Assembly: GCA_963674695.2 (NCBI GenBank) | Contig: CAXXGI010000001.1 | Span: forward strand, 640,001 to 704,000 | DNA from: a bacterium | GTDB lineage: Bacteria > UBA10199 > 2-02-FULL-44-16 > JAAZCA01 | DNA: 64,000 nt | Reading direction: 5' to 3' | Part shown: in pieces, positions 38,745 to 48,104 of the stretch | Layout of the letters: every line of letters begins with the position of its first letter | How positions within the stretch are numbered: position 1 is the stretch's first letter | The notes under the pieces: model-generated | What the model saw: the letters and a program-made list of their open reading frames with translations, nothing else | What the model was told of the DNA's origin: nothing | Databases searched by the model: none | Made by a program: the position numbers and the translations under genes

Positions 38745-40133
38745 ATGCCCGCCATGACCGATGCGCTTGCCTGGGCCGATGCGCACGCCGAACAGTTCCT
38801 CGCCGATCTCAAACGCCTCATCGACATCCCGAGCGTTTCCGCCAGCCCCGCGCATGCCGACGATCGCCGACGCTGCGCCGAGGAGCTCGGAGGGCAGCTC
38901 GCACGCGCAGGGCTCCACGTCGAGACGCTCAACGCCGATCGCCCGGACGAAGCGCCGGTGCTCTTCGCGCAGGGCGATCACTCGCCGGATCGCCCCACCG
39001 TGCTCATCTACGGCCACTACGATGTCGTGGGTGTCAGCGGCGCGCACCGTTGGCGACACGACCCCTTCGACGGCCAGATCGACGGGGCCTTCATCACCGG
39101 GCGCGGCGCCACCGACGACAAGGGACAGCTGCTCACCGCCGTCAAGGCGATCGAGGCGATCCACGCCGTTGCGGATATGCCGCCGGTCAACGTCAAGCTG
39201 CTCATCGAGGGCGAGGAGGAAGTCTCCTCCGCGGCCGTCGCGCGCCTGCTCGCACGCGAAGAGATTGCTGCGAAGCTCGCCTGCGACGTGGTGGCCATCT
39301 CCGACGGCACCTGGTTTGACGACGAGACGCCCACGATCTGCTCCGGCGTGCGCGGCCTCTGCGAATGTCGCATCGAGATCGCGGGGCCCGCCCGTCCGCT
39401 GCACTCGGGCGTCTACGGCGGAGCGGTGGCCAACCCCGCCACCGTACTCGTCGAGATGCTCGGCTGCCTGCGCGATGCAAACGGCACCATCGCCATCCCG
39501 GGGTTTGCCGACGCCATCGCGCCCGTCGATCCGGCCGAACGCGCCGCGCTGCGCGCGCTCCCCTTCGACGAGGAGCGCTTTCGCCATCGCATCGGCGTGC
39601 GTGCGCTCGAACGTTCAGGTGACATCTCGGCGCTCGAACGCACCACGATGCATCCGGCCATGGACATCGTCGCCATCGCGGGCGGCTCTCCCGAGGAGAA
39701 CGCCAACAACATCATCCCGATGCGGGCCGATGCCGTCGTGGGCTTTCGCCTCGTGCCACACCAGCGCACAGAGCAGATTCAGGAATGCGTCGCCGCGCAC
39801 CTCAAGGCCATCTGCCCGCCGTCGGTCGAGATGCACCTCACCTTCCTCTGCGGCGGCGATCCGTATGCCATCGATGCGGAAGAACCGATGCTCGCCGCCG
39901 CGCGCGAGGCCGTCGCCGAGACCTTCGGGCGCGCGCCGATCCTGCTGCGCTCGGGCGGATCGATCCCGATCGTGCCCCTTCTCAATCGTGCCCTCAACGC
40001 GCCGGTGGTCATGTGCGACCTGGGGCTGCCCGACGACCATGAACACAGCGACAACGAGCGCTTCGCCCTCGGCCAGTTTTCCGGCGGCATCGAGATGTAC
40101 ATCCGCCTGCTGCACCTGTGGGGCACGCCTTGA
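38745..40133 (+). CDS. M20 family dipeptidase/deacylase
   Basis: YGHYDV, GRGATDDKG, EGEEE and HSDNE motifs. Confidence 0.92.
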   Translation: MPAMTDALAWADAHAEQFLADLKRLIDIPSVSASPAHADDRRRCAEELGGQLARAGLHVETLNADRPDEAPVLFAQGDHSPDRPTVLIYGHYDVVGVSGAHRWRHDPFDGQIDGAFITGRGATDDKGQLLTAVKAIEAIHAVADMPPVNVKLLIEGEEEVSSAAVARLLAREEIAAKLACDVVAISDGTWFDDETPTICSGVRGLCECRIEIAGPARPLHSGVYGGAVANPATVLVEMLGCLRDANGTIAIPGFADAIAPVDPAERAALRALPFDEERFRHRIGVRALERSGDISALERTTMHPAMDIVAIAGGSPEENANNIIPMRADAVVGFRLVPHQRTEQIQECVAAHLKAICPPSVEMHLTFLCGGDPYAIDAEEPMLAAAREAVAETFGRAPILLRSGGSIPIVPLLNRALNAPVVMCDLGLPDDHEHSDNERFALGQFSGGIEMYIRLLHLWGTP

Positions 40134-40159
40134 TGTGGACGTTTGGGCGAACTGTGCAG

Positions 40160-40330
40160 GGCATCGGCCAAGATGATCTGGGGGAAGTTGAAGTAGCAGA
40201 GTTTGTCATTCCCGCGAAGGCGGGAATCTCGCTTGTAATGGCCAATCGGGATCCCCGCGTTCGCGGGGATGACAATACACAAGGGTTTGCCAACAACCAG
40301 GGGGCCGCGGAAACGCGGCCCCTGTTTTTT
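40160..40330 (+). repeat. degenerate duplicate of 37007-37270 (gene 3' end, REP, MITE right end and terminator)
   Basis: GGCATCGGCCAAGATGATCTGGGGGAAGTTGAAGTAG encodes ASAKMIWGKLK*, against ASAKAIWGKLK* at 37007-37043. REP at 40203-40275; hairpin GGGGCCGCG..CGCGGCCCC plus T tract. Confidence 0.8.
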
Positions 40331-40336
40331 GTGCCA

Positions 40337-41584
40337 TCAGCACCCGCTCACCGACGTCATCGTGATGACCGCCCCTCCACCGCAGGCGCTCACCCCAAAG
40401 CCATTCACCGTCAGCACGCCGGTCATCATCGTCGAGGTGACCGCCGTGATCTGAAAACTCCCGACCACATTGAGCGGATATCCCATGGAATCGTAGGTCA
40501 TACCCAGACCCATATTCGGCATGGTGGTGCCGTAGGTGTTGCTCCCCACATAGGGCAGCGCTTGATAGCTCGTCAGCGTATCGAACGTGAGGTATACGGG
40601 CGTATCCCCTGCATACGTGACATCGAGCGTCCCTGTGGGGTACGGCAATTGCGCCAGCGACGTTGGATTGATGATGGTTGCCCCGCAGGTGATCGCCGAA
40701 TAGGAGACGTTCCACTGCCCCTCGCAGAGCTCGATGATCGTGGGGGTGGCCGGAGTGACATAACTCATCTCGATCGGATACGCGGCGGTGCAGCCGTCGT
40801 TGTTATTCCACGAGAGCGTCCCGGCGATCACCTCGGTCGATGACGGCGTGAGCGCCCAGCTGTTGGTGCCGTAGGTGGTACCGGTGTCGGTCTCGACCGG
40901 GAAATAATACGTGGCGCTCTCAAAGGTGCTGTCGATCGCCGACCGATTGAGTTGAATCGTGGAGTCGTCGATCGACCAGGTCGCCGTATAGCCGTTGTTG
41001 GAGACGAAGAACTCGCAGTCGCCAGAACTGGTCATGCTGTAGGGCGTCGAGGGACAGTTGGTTCCCGTCAGATAATCCGTACTCAGATCCATCTCGAACG
41101 CCCAATCGCCGGACAGCGGCGTGATGGCGGTGACCGCCGCTGGATCGAAGACGATCGGGGGAAGCGCCAAGTAGGACGTCGAGGTCACGAATGTGGCGGC
41201 CTGATCCCCGCCGAATGAGAGAAGCATGAGGGCCGTCTCCTCCGGCGCTGCCCCACTGGGAAAGGTAAAACTCGCCGATGACTGCGCGCCGGCAGCGATC
41301 TCGGAGGAACTGCTGAGTGCAACGCTCGAGGCCTCGCCCGTCGTTGCGTCATAGACGGCAAGTGCCGGGGCGCCGACGACCGCATCGGAGTTGTTGACGA
41401 CGGTGAGCGTCCCCCCCGCTCCGCTGACGAGGATGCCCGCGAGGATCTGCGCGCTATTGGTGATGGCCCGCCACTGATTATCGTCGAGCGTGTCGCTGGA
41501 TGAATCATCCGACGAGGTACTCCCGCAGGAAACTACAAAAACCAGAGCAGCAACGATGATGAGCATCGCCGAAATACGTCTCAT
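40337..41584 (-). CDS. hypothetical Ser/Thr-rich lipoprotein
   Basis: GGAGG RBS; lipobox VVSC; paired Cys. Confidence 0.8.
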   Translation of the reverse strand: MRRISAMLIIVAALVFVVSCGSTSSDDSSSDTLDDNQWRAITNSAQILAGILVSGAGGTLTVVNNSDAVVGAPALAVYDATTGEASSVALSSSSEIAAGAQSSASFTFPSGAAPEETALMLLSFGGDQAATFVTSTSYLALPPIVFDPAAVTAITPLSGDWAFEMDLSTDYLTGTNCPSTPYSMTSSGDCEFFVSNNGYTATWSIDDSTIQLNRSAIDSTFESATYYFPVETDTGTTYGTNSWALTPSSTEVIAGTLSWNNNDGCTAAYPIEMSYVTPATPTIIELCEGQWNVSYSAITCGATIINPTSLAQLPYPTGTLDVTYAGDTPVYLTFDTLTSYQALPYVGSNTYGTTMPNMGLGMTYDSMGYPLNVVGSFQITAVTSTMMTGVLTVNGFGVSACGGGAVITMTSVSGC

Positions 41585-41765
41585 AAAACCTCCCCCCAAC
41601 GAGATGACATCGATCGACCGAACGCGATATCGCTCATTATAACAGCACGCTGTGAGGGGGGCCAGCATCGATCAGCATGAGGGCCTGTGGTCACCGATTC
41701 CCCCTTTTCGTCGCCAAAACAGCGTGCTATGGTTCGGATCCTAACCCGATCACCAGGAGGTTCAT

Positions 41766-42656
41766 ATGCCCCCCATCGTCACGTTTCTCCTCATCGCCGC
41801 CGGCGTCATCTTCATCATCGGCATTCGCATCGTGCGGCCCACGCATCGCGGGATCGTCGAGCGCCTCGGAAAGTACAACCGCTATTCGGAGGCGGGCTTT
41901 CACTGGATCTTCCCCGTCATCGAGCGCATGTTCCGGGTGAACGTGACCGAGCAGATGGTCGACGCGCAACCGCAGGAGATCATCACGAACGATAACTTGA
42001 ACGCGCGCGTCGATGCGCAGGTCTACTTCAAGGTGAAGTGCGATGCCGAAAGCGTGAAGGGCTCGCAGTACAACGTGAACAACTATCAGTGGCAGATCGT
42101 CAACCTCGCGCGCACGACGCTGCGCAACATCATCGGCACGCTCACGCTCAAGTCGGCGAACAGCGAACGCGGCAAGATCAACCAGGAACTGCACAAGACG
42201 CTCTGCGATGAGACCAAGAGCTGGGGAATCGACATCGTGCGCACGGAGCTCAAAGAGATCGACCCGCCGCAGGACGTGCAGGAGACGATGAACAAGGTCG
42301 TGAAAGCCGAGAACGAGAAGATCGCCGCGATCGACTATGCCACCGCCACCGAGACCGCGGCCGACGGCCAGAAGCGAGCCGAGATCAAACGCGCCGAGGG
42401 CATCAAGCAGGCGCGCATCCTTGAGGCCGAGGGCGAGTCCAGCGCCATCAAGCTCGTCAACGAAGCAGCCGAGCAATACTTCATCGGCAACGCGCAGGTC
42501 CTGCGCAAGCTCGAGGCCGTTGAGCGCGCGCTGGGCACCAACGCCAAGATCGTCGTCCCGGGCAATGCAGATCTGGTCAACGTCATCGGCGAGATGGCGG
42601 GCATCGTGCCGGTAAAGAGCAAGGGTACGCCCGCGAACCCCGGGTCTGAGGGGTAG
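41766..42656 (+). CDS. SPFH/band-7 (stomatin/QmcA-like) protein
   Basis: GIVERLGKY, QEIIT.DN, TLRNIIG, WGI and AE.EK.A motifs. Confidence 0.93.
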   Translation: MPPIVTFLLIAAGVIFIIGIRIVRPTHRGIVERLGKYNRYSEAGFHWIFPVIERMFRVNVTEQMVDAQPQEIITNDNLNARVDAQVYFKVKCDAESVKGSQYNVNNYQWQIVNLARTTLRNIIGTLTLKSANSERGKINQELHKTLCDETKSWGIDIVRTELKEIDPPQDVQETMNKVVKAENEKIAAIDYATATETAADGQKRAEIKRAEGIKQARILEAEGESSAIKLVNEAAEQYFIGNAQVLRKLEAVERALGTNAKIVVPGNADLVNVIGEMAGIVPVKSKGTPANPGSEG

Positions 42657-42670
42657 GTGCAGGGGGAACG

Positions 42671-43384
42671 ATGAGACGATGTGCTTTTTTGGTTTTGCTC
42701 GCCCTTCTCGCCGCAAATTGTGGGGGGAATGCGGGATCCTCCTTCACGGCTGAAGAGAACGACTCCCAGACGCTTGCCCTGACGACACAAACGGCGCTCG
42801 TCATTGAAAATACCAATGGAACGATCACCATCACCGGCTCCGATGCGACCGCAGAGCTTACCTGTCTCACCACCAAAAAGGTGACGAGCACCGTCAGCAC
42901 AAGCGATGCGCAGGGGCATATCTCCGATATCGACGTCGCGGTGAGTGAGGATGCAGACAGCGTCACCTACGCGGTGACGCATCCCACCAGCGAGAGCAGG
43001 AGTTACGAGGTCAATTTCGATATCACCCTGCCCAACCACCTGAACGTCGTCATCACCCTGTACAATGGAAACATCGCGTTGAACGCCACCACGACATCGG
43101 TGGAGGTCAATCTGCTCAATGGCACGTTCGTTGCCGACCTGACCCTCAACGATCCCTGTGCCCTTGCCATCGACGTTGGCAACGGAGACATCATGCTCAC
43201 GCTGCCGAATTCGACAAACGCGGCGCTCACGGCATCCGTCGTCAATGGAGCGATCATCAATGATGGATTGATTTTTACCGACCAGGACATTTCAAGCACG
43301 CAGTTTTCCGGAACGCTCGGCACGGGCGACGGAAGCATCGTGCTCAGCGTTGCAAACGGACAGATCGAGATGGGCGCCGAGTAG
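42671..43384 (+). CDS. DUF4097/adhesin-like beta-repeat lipoprotein
   Basis: Lipobox AANC; repeated N-G-x-I units. Confidence 0.78.
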   Translation: MRRCAFLVLLALLAANCGGNAGSSFTAEENDSQTLALTTQTALVIENTNGTITITGSDATAELTCLTTKKVTSTVSTSDAQGHISDIDVAVSEDADSVTYAVTHPTSESRSYEVNFDITLPNHLNVVITLYNGNIALNATTTSVEVNLLNGTFVADLTLNDPCALAIDVGNGDIMLTLPNSTNAALTASVVNGAIINDGLIFTDQDISSTQFSGTLGTGDGSIVLSVANGQIEMGAE

Positions 43385-43439
43385 ATTCAAATGAGCCCTA
43401 CCTGATTTCAATTTTACCATACGGTAACGATCACGGCTT

Positions 43440-43796
43440 TCAGCGACCGGCGAGTTTTCCTAAGACCGGGCACGTCTTCATCTCGTCCTCCAAAACTTCC
43501 GGGGGAGTATCCGCATCGAGGAAATTGAAGGGATAGTCCTTGGCATACGAGGTGCGACGGCCGCCATACTCCCTGCATCGATATCGTTTATCAACGCGTT
43601 CCAGATTGATACAGGGATAGTGAAAGACGACCTTCCAGAGTTCGTCTTTGATCAGCTCGCGCACCTCGATGCGATCCGTGTCGAGCCGGGAAAACCGGAG
43701 GGCATCGTCCGGGTCCTGAATCAGAATATGGAACGTCATGCAGCAGCGGGCGCAGGCCTGGCAGATCTCCGAATTGATCGCCGCCCGGTCCCTCAT
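43440..43796 (-). CDS. CxxCxxCC (YkgJ-like) cysteine-cluster protein
   Basis: CQACARCC...C..L......C..Y..R....DYPF; ATGA overlap with the upstream ORF. Confidence 0.7.
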   Translation of the reverse strand: MRDRAAINSEICQACARCCMTFHILIQDPDDALRFSRLDTDRIEVRELIKDELWKVVFHYPCINLERVDKRYRCREYGGRRTSYAKDYPFNFLDADTPPEVLEDEMKTCPVLGKLAGR

Positions 43797-43939
43797 TTCG
43801 CACGCCTCTTTGCCTGCGCCTTCTTCGCCGTTTTGCTGACCTGCTGCTTGTCCGAGGCGCGCGAATCCCGCAAAGGACGTTTGACCTTGCTGGTATAGAT
43901 CTTTCCAAGCTTCCCCGTTATCCTGTTATCAGCACCCAT
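43793..43939 (-). CDS. 48-aa highly basic small protein
   Basis: GGGAG RBS before ATG 43939; MGADNRITGKLGKIY...KKAQAKRRAK; stop codon overlaps the next ATG. Confidence 0.55.
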   Translation of the reverse strand: MGADNRITGKLGKIYTSKVKRPLRDSRASDKQQVSKTAKKAQAKRRAK

Positions 43940-43976
43940 TTTTTCCTCCCTTGTTGTATTCCAGTTCCATTTTTCC

Positions 43977-45227
43977 TCATTTCCCATTGCCAGCGGGGAT
44001 CGCCTTGCCCTCCTTGTAGGTCGGATAGGTGAACCCGCCATCGAGGAAATTCGTCTGTTCATCGATCTGCGTCGGATCGATCTCCAAAAATTTTACCGTG
44101 GGTGCAACCAGCGCCTTGTACTGCTCGGGCCGGCGGTCCTTGAGGTAATAATATTTCGGCGCCGGATGCGTCATGCCGTAATAGGCGGGGATGCAATCGG
44201 CGATGAGCATCGTATCCTGCTCGTGATCGGCGGCGACGATGATGTCGCCGTGCGGCCCGGCCACCATGCTGTTGCCGCGATAGTGCCACACGTCCTCGCC
44301 ACGTTTTTCATATCCCGTTCGGTTGGCATAGGCAAAGAAAATGTTGTTCGCATAGGCGTTGGCCGGAAAGAGAACCTCGGCCACGTCGGGATAGGGCACG
44401 CGGCTGCGTTTTCCATCGGGGAGGGTGTAGTAGTTGTCGGCAGCCGTGGGACCGACGATCAGCTTGGCCCCGTTGAGCGCCAACACGCGCGCGAGCTCCG
44501 GAAACTCACATTCGTAACAGTTGAGCACCCCCACCGGAAAACCGAATATCGAGTGGACCGGATAGTCGCTGTCGCCGAAGCTCCAGTTGTCGCGTTCCTG
44601 CTGACCGTAGAGCTGCGTCTTGTGATAGCTGTCGAGCAACTCGCCCATCTCGCTGATCACGGCGATGCTGTCATAGTATCGCAACTTCCCATCGGGCGCC
44701 TTCACCTTTTCGGCATAGGGGACGATGAGCGCCATCCGGTATTTCTGCGCGAGCGAGCGAGCCCGAGCGATGCTCGAGCCGTCCTTGAATTCGGCGACCT
44801 CGCGAGCCGTCTCCGGACTCAAGGTATATCCCGGCACATAGAGTTCGGGAAAGGCCAACAGCTGAACACCATAGGAGCTGGCCGTTTTCACCGCCAGCTC
44901 CAGTCGATCCATGTTCTTGGCCGTGGCCCCCGCGCCGCCTGCCGCCTGCGCTTGATAGATGCCGAGCCGAATCCCCGCACCATGCGACGGAAGCGATTGA
45001 TAGATGGAGGTCCGAATCTGCAGCGTGCGATAGCCCCGCTCGACCGACTCCCGATAGGCGGGCGTTCCGTCATCGTCGGTCAGCGGATGCGAAGACGACG
45101 GCGCCACGCCCCTCGTCGAACGCCTGCACCCACACCACTTCGGCGCGCCCGCAACATACAGATAGAGGGCAACGCCGATGACGATGGCGGTAATGGCCGC
45201 GATAATCCCGATGGTCGTCTTCTTCAT
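43977..45227 (-). CDS. membrane-anchored carbon-nitrogen hydrolase (nitrilase superfamily amidase)
   Basis: E-K-C triad in FPEL, YHKTQL and NCYECEFPE; N-terminal TM helix. Confidence 0.88.
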   Translation of the reverse strand: MKKTTIGIIAAITAIVIGVALYLYVAGAPKWCGCRRSTRGVAPSSSHPLTDDDGTPAYRESVERGYRTLQIRTSIYQSLPSHGAGIRLGIYQAQAAGGAGATAKNMDRLELAVKTASSYGVQLLAFPELYVPGYTLSPETAREVAEFKDGSSIARARSLAQKYRMALIVPYAEKVKAPDGKLRYYDSIAVISEMGELLDSYHKTQLYGQQERDNWSFGDSDYPVHSIFGFPVGVLNCYECEFPELARVLALNGAKLIVGPTAADNYYTLPDGKRSRVPYPDVAEVLFPANAYANNIFFAYANRTGYEKRGEDVWHYRGNSMVAGPHGDIIVAADHEQDTMLIADCIPAYYGMTHPAPKYYYLKDRRPEQYKALVAPTVKFLEIDPTQIDEQTNFLDGGFTYPTYKEGKAIPAGNGK

Positions 45228-45262
45228 ATCTCAAGCTCCCCCTTCACGATCGTTTCATATAT

Positions 45263-45414
45263 GGGCACCTCTAAAAACCCTATTTTTTGTTCGTCATCCC
45301 CGAGTGCTTAAATCGGGGATCCAGCCAGGTGCCTTTGTGTACGACTTTCCGGGACTGGATCCCCGACTACACCACTCGGGGATGACAGTCGAAACCGGGT
45401 TTTTAGAGGTGCCC
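45263..45414. mobile_element. MITE copy 1 (18-bp TIRs, internal REP-like palindromes)
   Basis: GGGCACCTCTAAAAACCC ... GGGTTTTTAGAGGTGCCC with ATAT on both flanks; second copy at 63457. Confidence 0.85.
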
Positions 45415-45478
45415 ATATTTATATTTCAATTATGAAATCCATGAACGTGCTGACAGGGCCCCCATCAATCGACCGCGA

Positions 45479-45859
45479 TCACTGTGGTACGGGCGTGGAC
45501 TTGCCGCCGCTGTAACACCAGTTCATCGCATCCAAAAACGCCGTGAACTGCTTCTTCGTCCCCGACCGATCGGTGGCGAGCGCCGTATTATCATTCGCGT
45601 TCAGGATGAGGCATCCGGTCTCCGACATGAAGAAAAAGCGCCTCTTGTTGTCGGGACTGTACTCGACATGGACGAGGTCGTAGCCGGTGCCGGCGAAGAT
45701 GCCGGTCACGCCCGGAAACTGGCCGATGCATTCGACGAGCGCCCGTTTGTTTGGCGCCTGCTGTTGCGTACACGTGAAGCCATTGGCGGAGACGGCCTCG
45801 ATCGCAAATGTGGACAGGGGCATGCAAACGATGGCGACGATGATGAGGATTGATTTCAT
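45479..45859 (-). CDS. small secreted 4-Cys protein (paralog A)
   Basis: Signal peptide; NGFTC..CIGQFPGV..GC..C; paralog at 47726. Confidence 0.8.
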   Translation of the reverse strand: MKSILIIVAIVCMPLSTFAIEAVSANGFTCTQQQAPNKRALVECIGQFPGVTGIFAGTGYDLVHVEYSPDNKRRFFFMSETGCLILNANDNTALATDRSGTKKQFTAFLDAMNWCYSGGKSTPVPQ

Positions 45860-45886
45860 GGTGCGCTCCTTTCCGCTGGGTGGGAA

Positions 45887-47593
45887 CTATCTCGGTGTAT
45901 CCTTCTCATACGGCCAGGCCATGATACCGCCCTCCATCACTTTGACATTCGTCCACCCATTCGCCTGGAGTATGAGTGCCGCCTCGTAGCCACGCAACGA
46001 GATCTTACAGAAGCAGATGATCTCCCGATCCTTGTCCTCCGGGAGTTCGCCCAGGCGCCCCCGCAGAGCACCGAGCGGAATGAGCGTCTCGCCGACACCC
46101 AAGCGCATGGTCTCGTATTCATCTGGGCCACGGGTATCGAGGAGGAAGGGCTTTTCCGCACCTTGCAGCTTCTCAAAGACCTCCTTCGCGGATATCCCGC
46201 ACATCCGACCCGCGAGTTTGTTCTGCATGATGTGCGCGCAGGCGATGAAGTGATCGATGGCGAGCGAAAACGGCGGCGCATAGGGGAGATCGAGACACGC
46301 GAGGTCATCGACGGTCAACTTCCCCTTGAGCGCCATGGCCGCGGTGGCGATCTGCTTGCTGACATCACCGGAGCCCACGCTCTGGTAACCGAGGACCCTT
46401 TTGCTCGATCGATCGACGACCATCTTGCTGATCAGCGGGTTGGCACCCATAAATCCGGGTTTGTCCGGACTGGCGTTGATGGCCGTCTCGATATCGGTAT
46501 ACCCATTCTGCCGCGCCACCTTTTCGGAGAGACCGGTCGATCCCGCTGTAAAATCGAAGACCTTGCAGATGCCCGTCTGAATCGTGCCCGGAAACGTCGC
46601 CGTATTGCCGGCGATGATGTTCTCTCCGGCGACGCGACCCTCGAGATTGGCAAGATCGCCGTAGGGTGCGGGCACCTTTTTCCCCAGGATGAGGTGTTCT
46701 ATTTCGACACAATCCCCGGCGGCATAGATATCTGGATCGGAGGTCTGCATATATTCGTCGACCTCGATGCCACCGCGCTCGCCCATGCGAAGCCCTGCTT
46801 GCTTGGCAAGATGTGTGTTCGGCCGAACCCCGATGGAGACGACGGCGAGTTCGCAGGGAATCTCCGCTCCACTCTGCAATCGAACTCCCGATAGATGTCC
46901 ATCCTTCCCCAAAAATTCACTCACACCATCGTTGGTGATAATGTGCACGCCCTTGCTGCGGATATGATTTTCGACGAGACGGGCGAGTTCCTCATCCAAA
47001 AAGGTGAGGAGCTGCGGCAGGAGCTCGACGACGGTCATCTCGATTCCCGCGAGATGGAGTGCCTCGCAGGTTTCGACCCCAATCAGCCCACCGCCGATGA
47101 CGACCGCCTTCTTGATCTTCTTCTCGTCCCGAACCTTGCGAAGATAATCAGCATCCTGCATCGATTGCAGGGTCGTGATGCCGGCGAGATCCACCCCGGG
47201 AAGCGGAGGAACGAGCGGCGTCGAACCCGTGCAGATGGCGAGCTTGTCGTAGGAGAGCGTCTCCTCCTCACCGGTCTTGAGCTTTTTGCACGTCACGGTG
47301 TGCGCCGCGCGATCGATGGCCGTGACCTCCGTCTCGGTTCGAGCATCGATGCCCTTGGCCTTGAGAAAGAAGATCGAATCTCGAATAACACCCGTCGGCG
47401 TGCAGACGAGCTTGTTTCGATCGTCGAAGGTGCCACCGACGTAATAGGGATACCCACACGAGGCCATAGAGAGGTTGGCGTCCTTCTGCAGGATGACGAT
47501 CTCGGCGTCCTGATCCATCCGGCGGGCCTTCGCTGCTGTCTTGGGACCCGCTGCGGAGCCCCCGATGACGATGATGCGTTTTTTCGATGACAT
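45887..47593 (-). CDS. CoA-disulfide reductase-rhodanese fusion (NADH-dependent persulfide reductase-like)
   Basis: GGSAAG, SMASCGYPY, GGGLIG, GD and YAPPFS motifs; C-terminal rhodanese with CKISLRG. Confidence 0.9.
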   Translation of the reverse strand: MSSKKRIIVIGGSAAGPKTAAKARRMDQDAEIVILQKDANLSMASCGYPYYVGGTFDDRNKLVCTPTGVIRDSIFFLKAKGIDARTETEVTAIDRAAHTVTCKKLKTGEEETLSYDKLAICTGSTPLVPPLPGVDLAGITTLQSMQDADYLRKVRDEKKIKKAVVIGGGLIGVETCEALHLAGIEMTVVELLPQLLTFLDEELARLVENHIRSKGVHIITNDGVSEFLGKDGHLSGVRLQSGAEIPCELAVVSIGVRPNTHLAKQAGLRMGERGGIEVDEYMQTSDPDIYAAGDCVEIEHLILGKKVPAPYGDLANLEGRVAGENIIAGNTATFPGTIQTGICKVFDFTAGSTGLSEKVARQNGYTDIETAINASPDKPGFMGANPLISKMVVDRSSKRVLGYQSVGSGDVSKQIATAAMALKGKLTVDDLACLDLPYAPPFSLAIDHFIACAHIMQNKLAGRMCGISAKEVFEKLQGAEKPFLLDTRGPDEYETMRLGVGETLIPLGALRGRLGELPEDKDREIICFCKISLRGYEAALILQANGWTNVKVMEGGIMAWPYEKDTPR

Positions 47594-47725
47594 GGACACG
47601 ATCTCCTTTTTTGTGTGCCTCAAAAGAGGGCACGGACCCGATGTGACACCGTTCTTTGCCGCAAAAAAACCAGCAGAATCGACAAGGCACAAGGGATTTC
47701 GACCCCACGACCCTCAGCAATCAGA

Positions 47726-48070
47726 TCACTTCGCCACCTTGCAGAAATCCATCGCCTTCTTGATCGATGTGAAGGTGGCCGATTTTCCCTTGCGGTTGGT
47801 CATGCGCAGCTCACGCTTCTTTTGATCGCCGACGAGCAGGCACCCCTGATGCGAGTCATACTGATAGTCGCGGCCATCCCGTTCATATTGAACGATGACC
47901 GAATAGGTGCCGATGGCCCCGAACGTTCCCTTCACGCCCGGAAACTGCCCCCGGCAGGAAACCGTGTTCTCCTTCTTCCCACAGGTGAAGCCGTTTACCG
48001 AATAGGCCTCCTGCGCAAACGAAGACAGCGGCAGCAAAACGATGGCGGCGATGATGAGGATCGATTTCAT
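47726..48070 (-). CDS. small secreted 4-Cys protein (paralog B)
   Basis: MKSILIIAAIVLLPLSSFA..NGFTC..CRGQFPGV; same AGGAGCGCACC leader as paralog A. Confidence 0.8.
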   Translation of the reverse strand: MKSILIIAAIVLLPLSSFAQEAYSVNGFTCGKKENTVSCRGQFPGVKGTFGAIGTYSVIVQYERDGRDYQYDSHQGCLLVGDQKKRELRMTNRKGKSATFTSIKKAMDFCKVAK

Positions 48071-48104
48071 GGTGCGCTCCTTGTGGTGGGAAGAATGAGG
48101 AACG

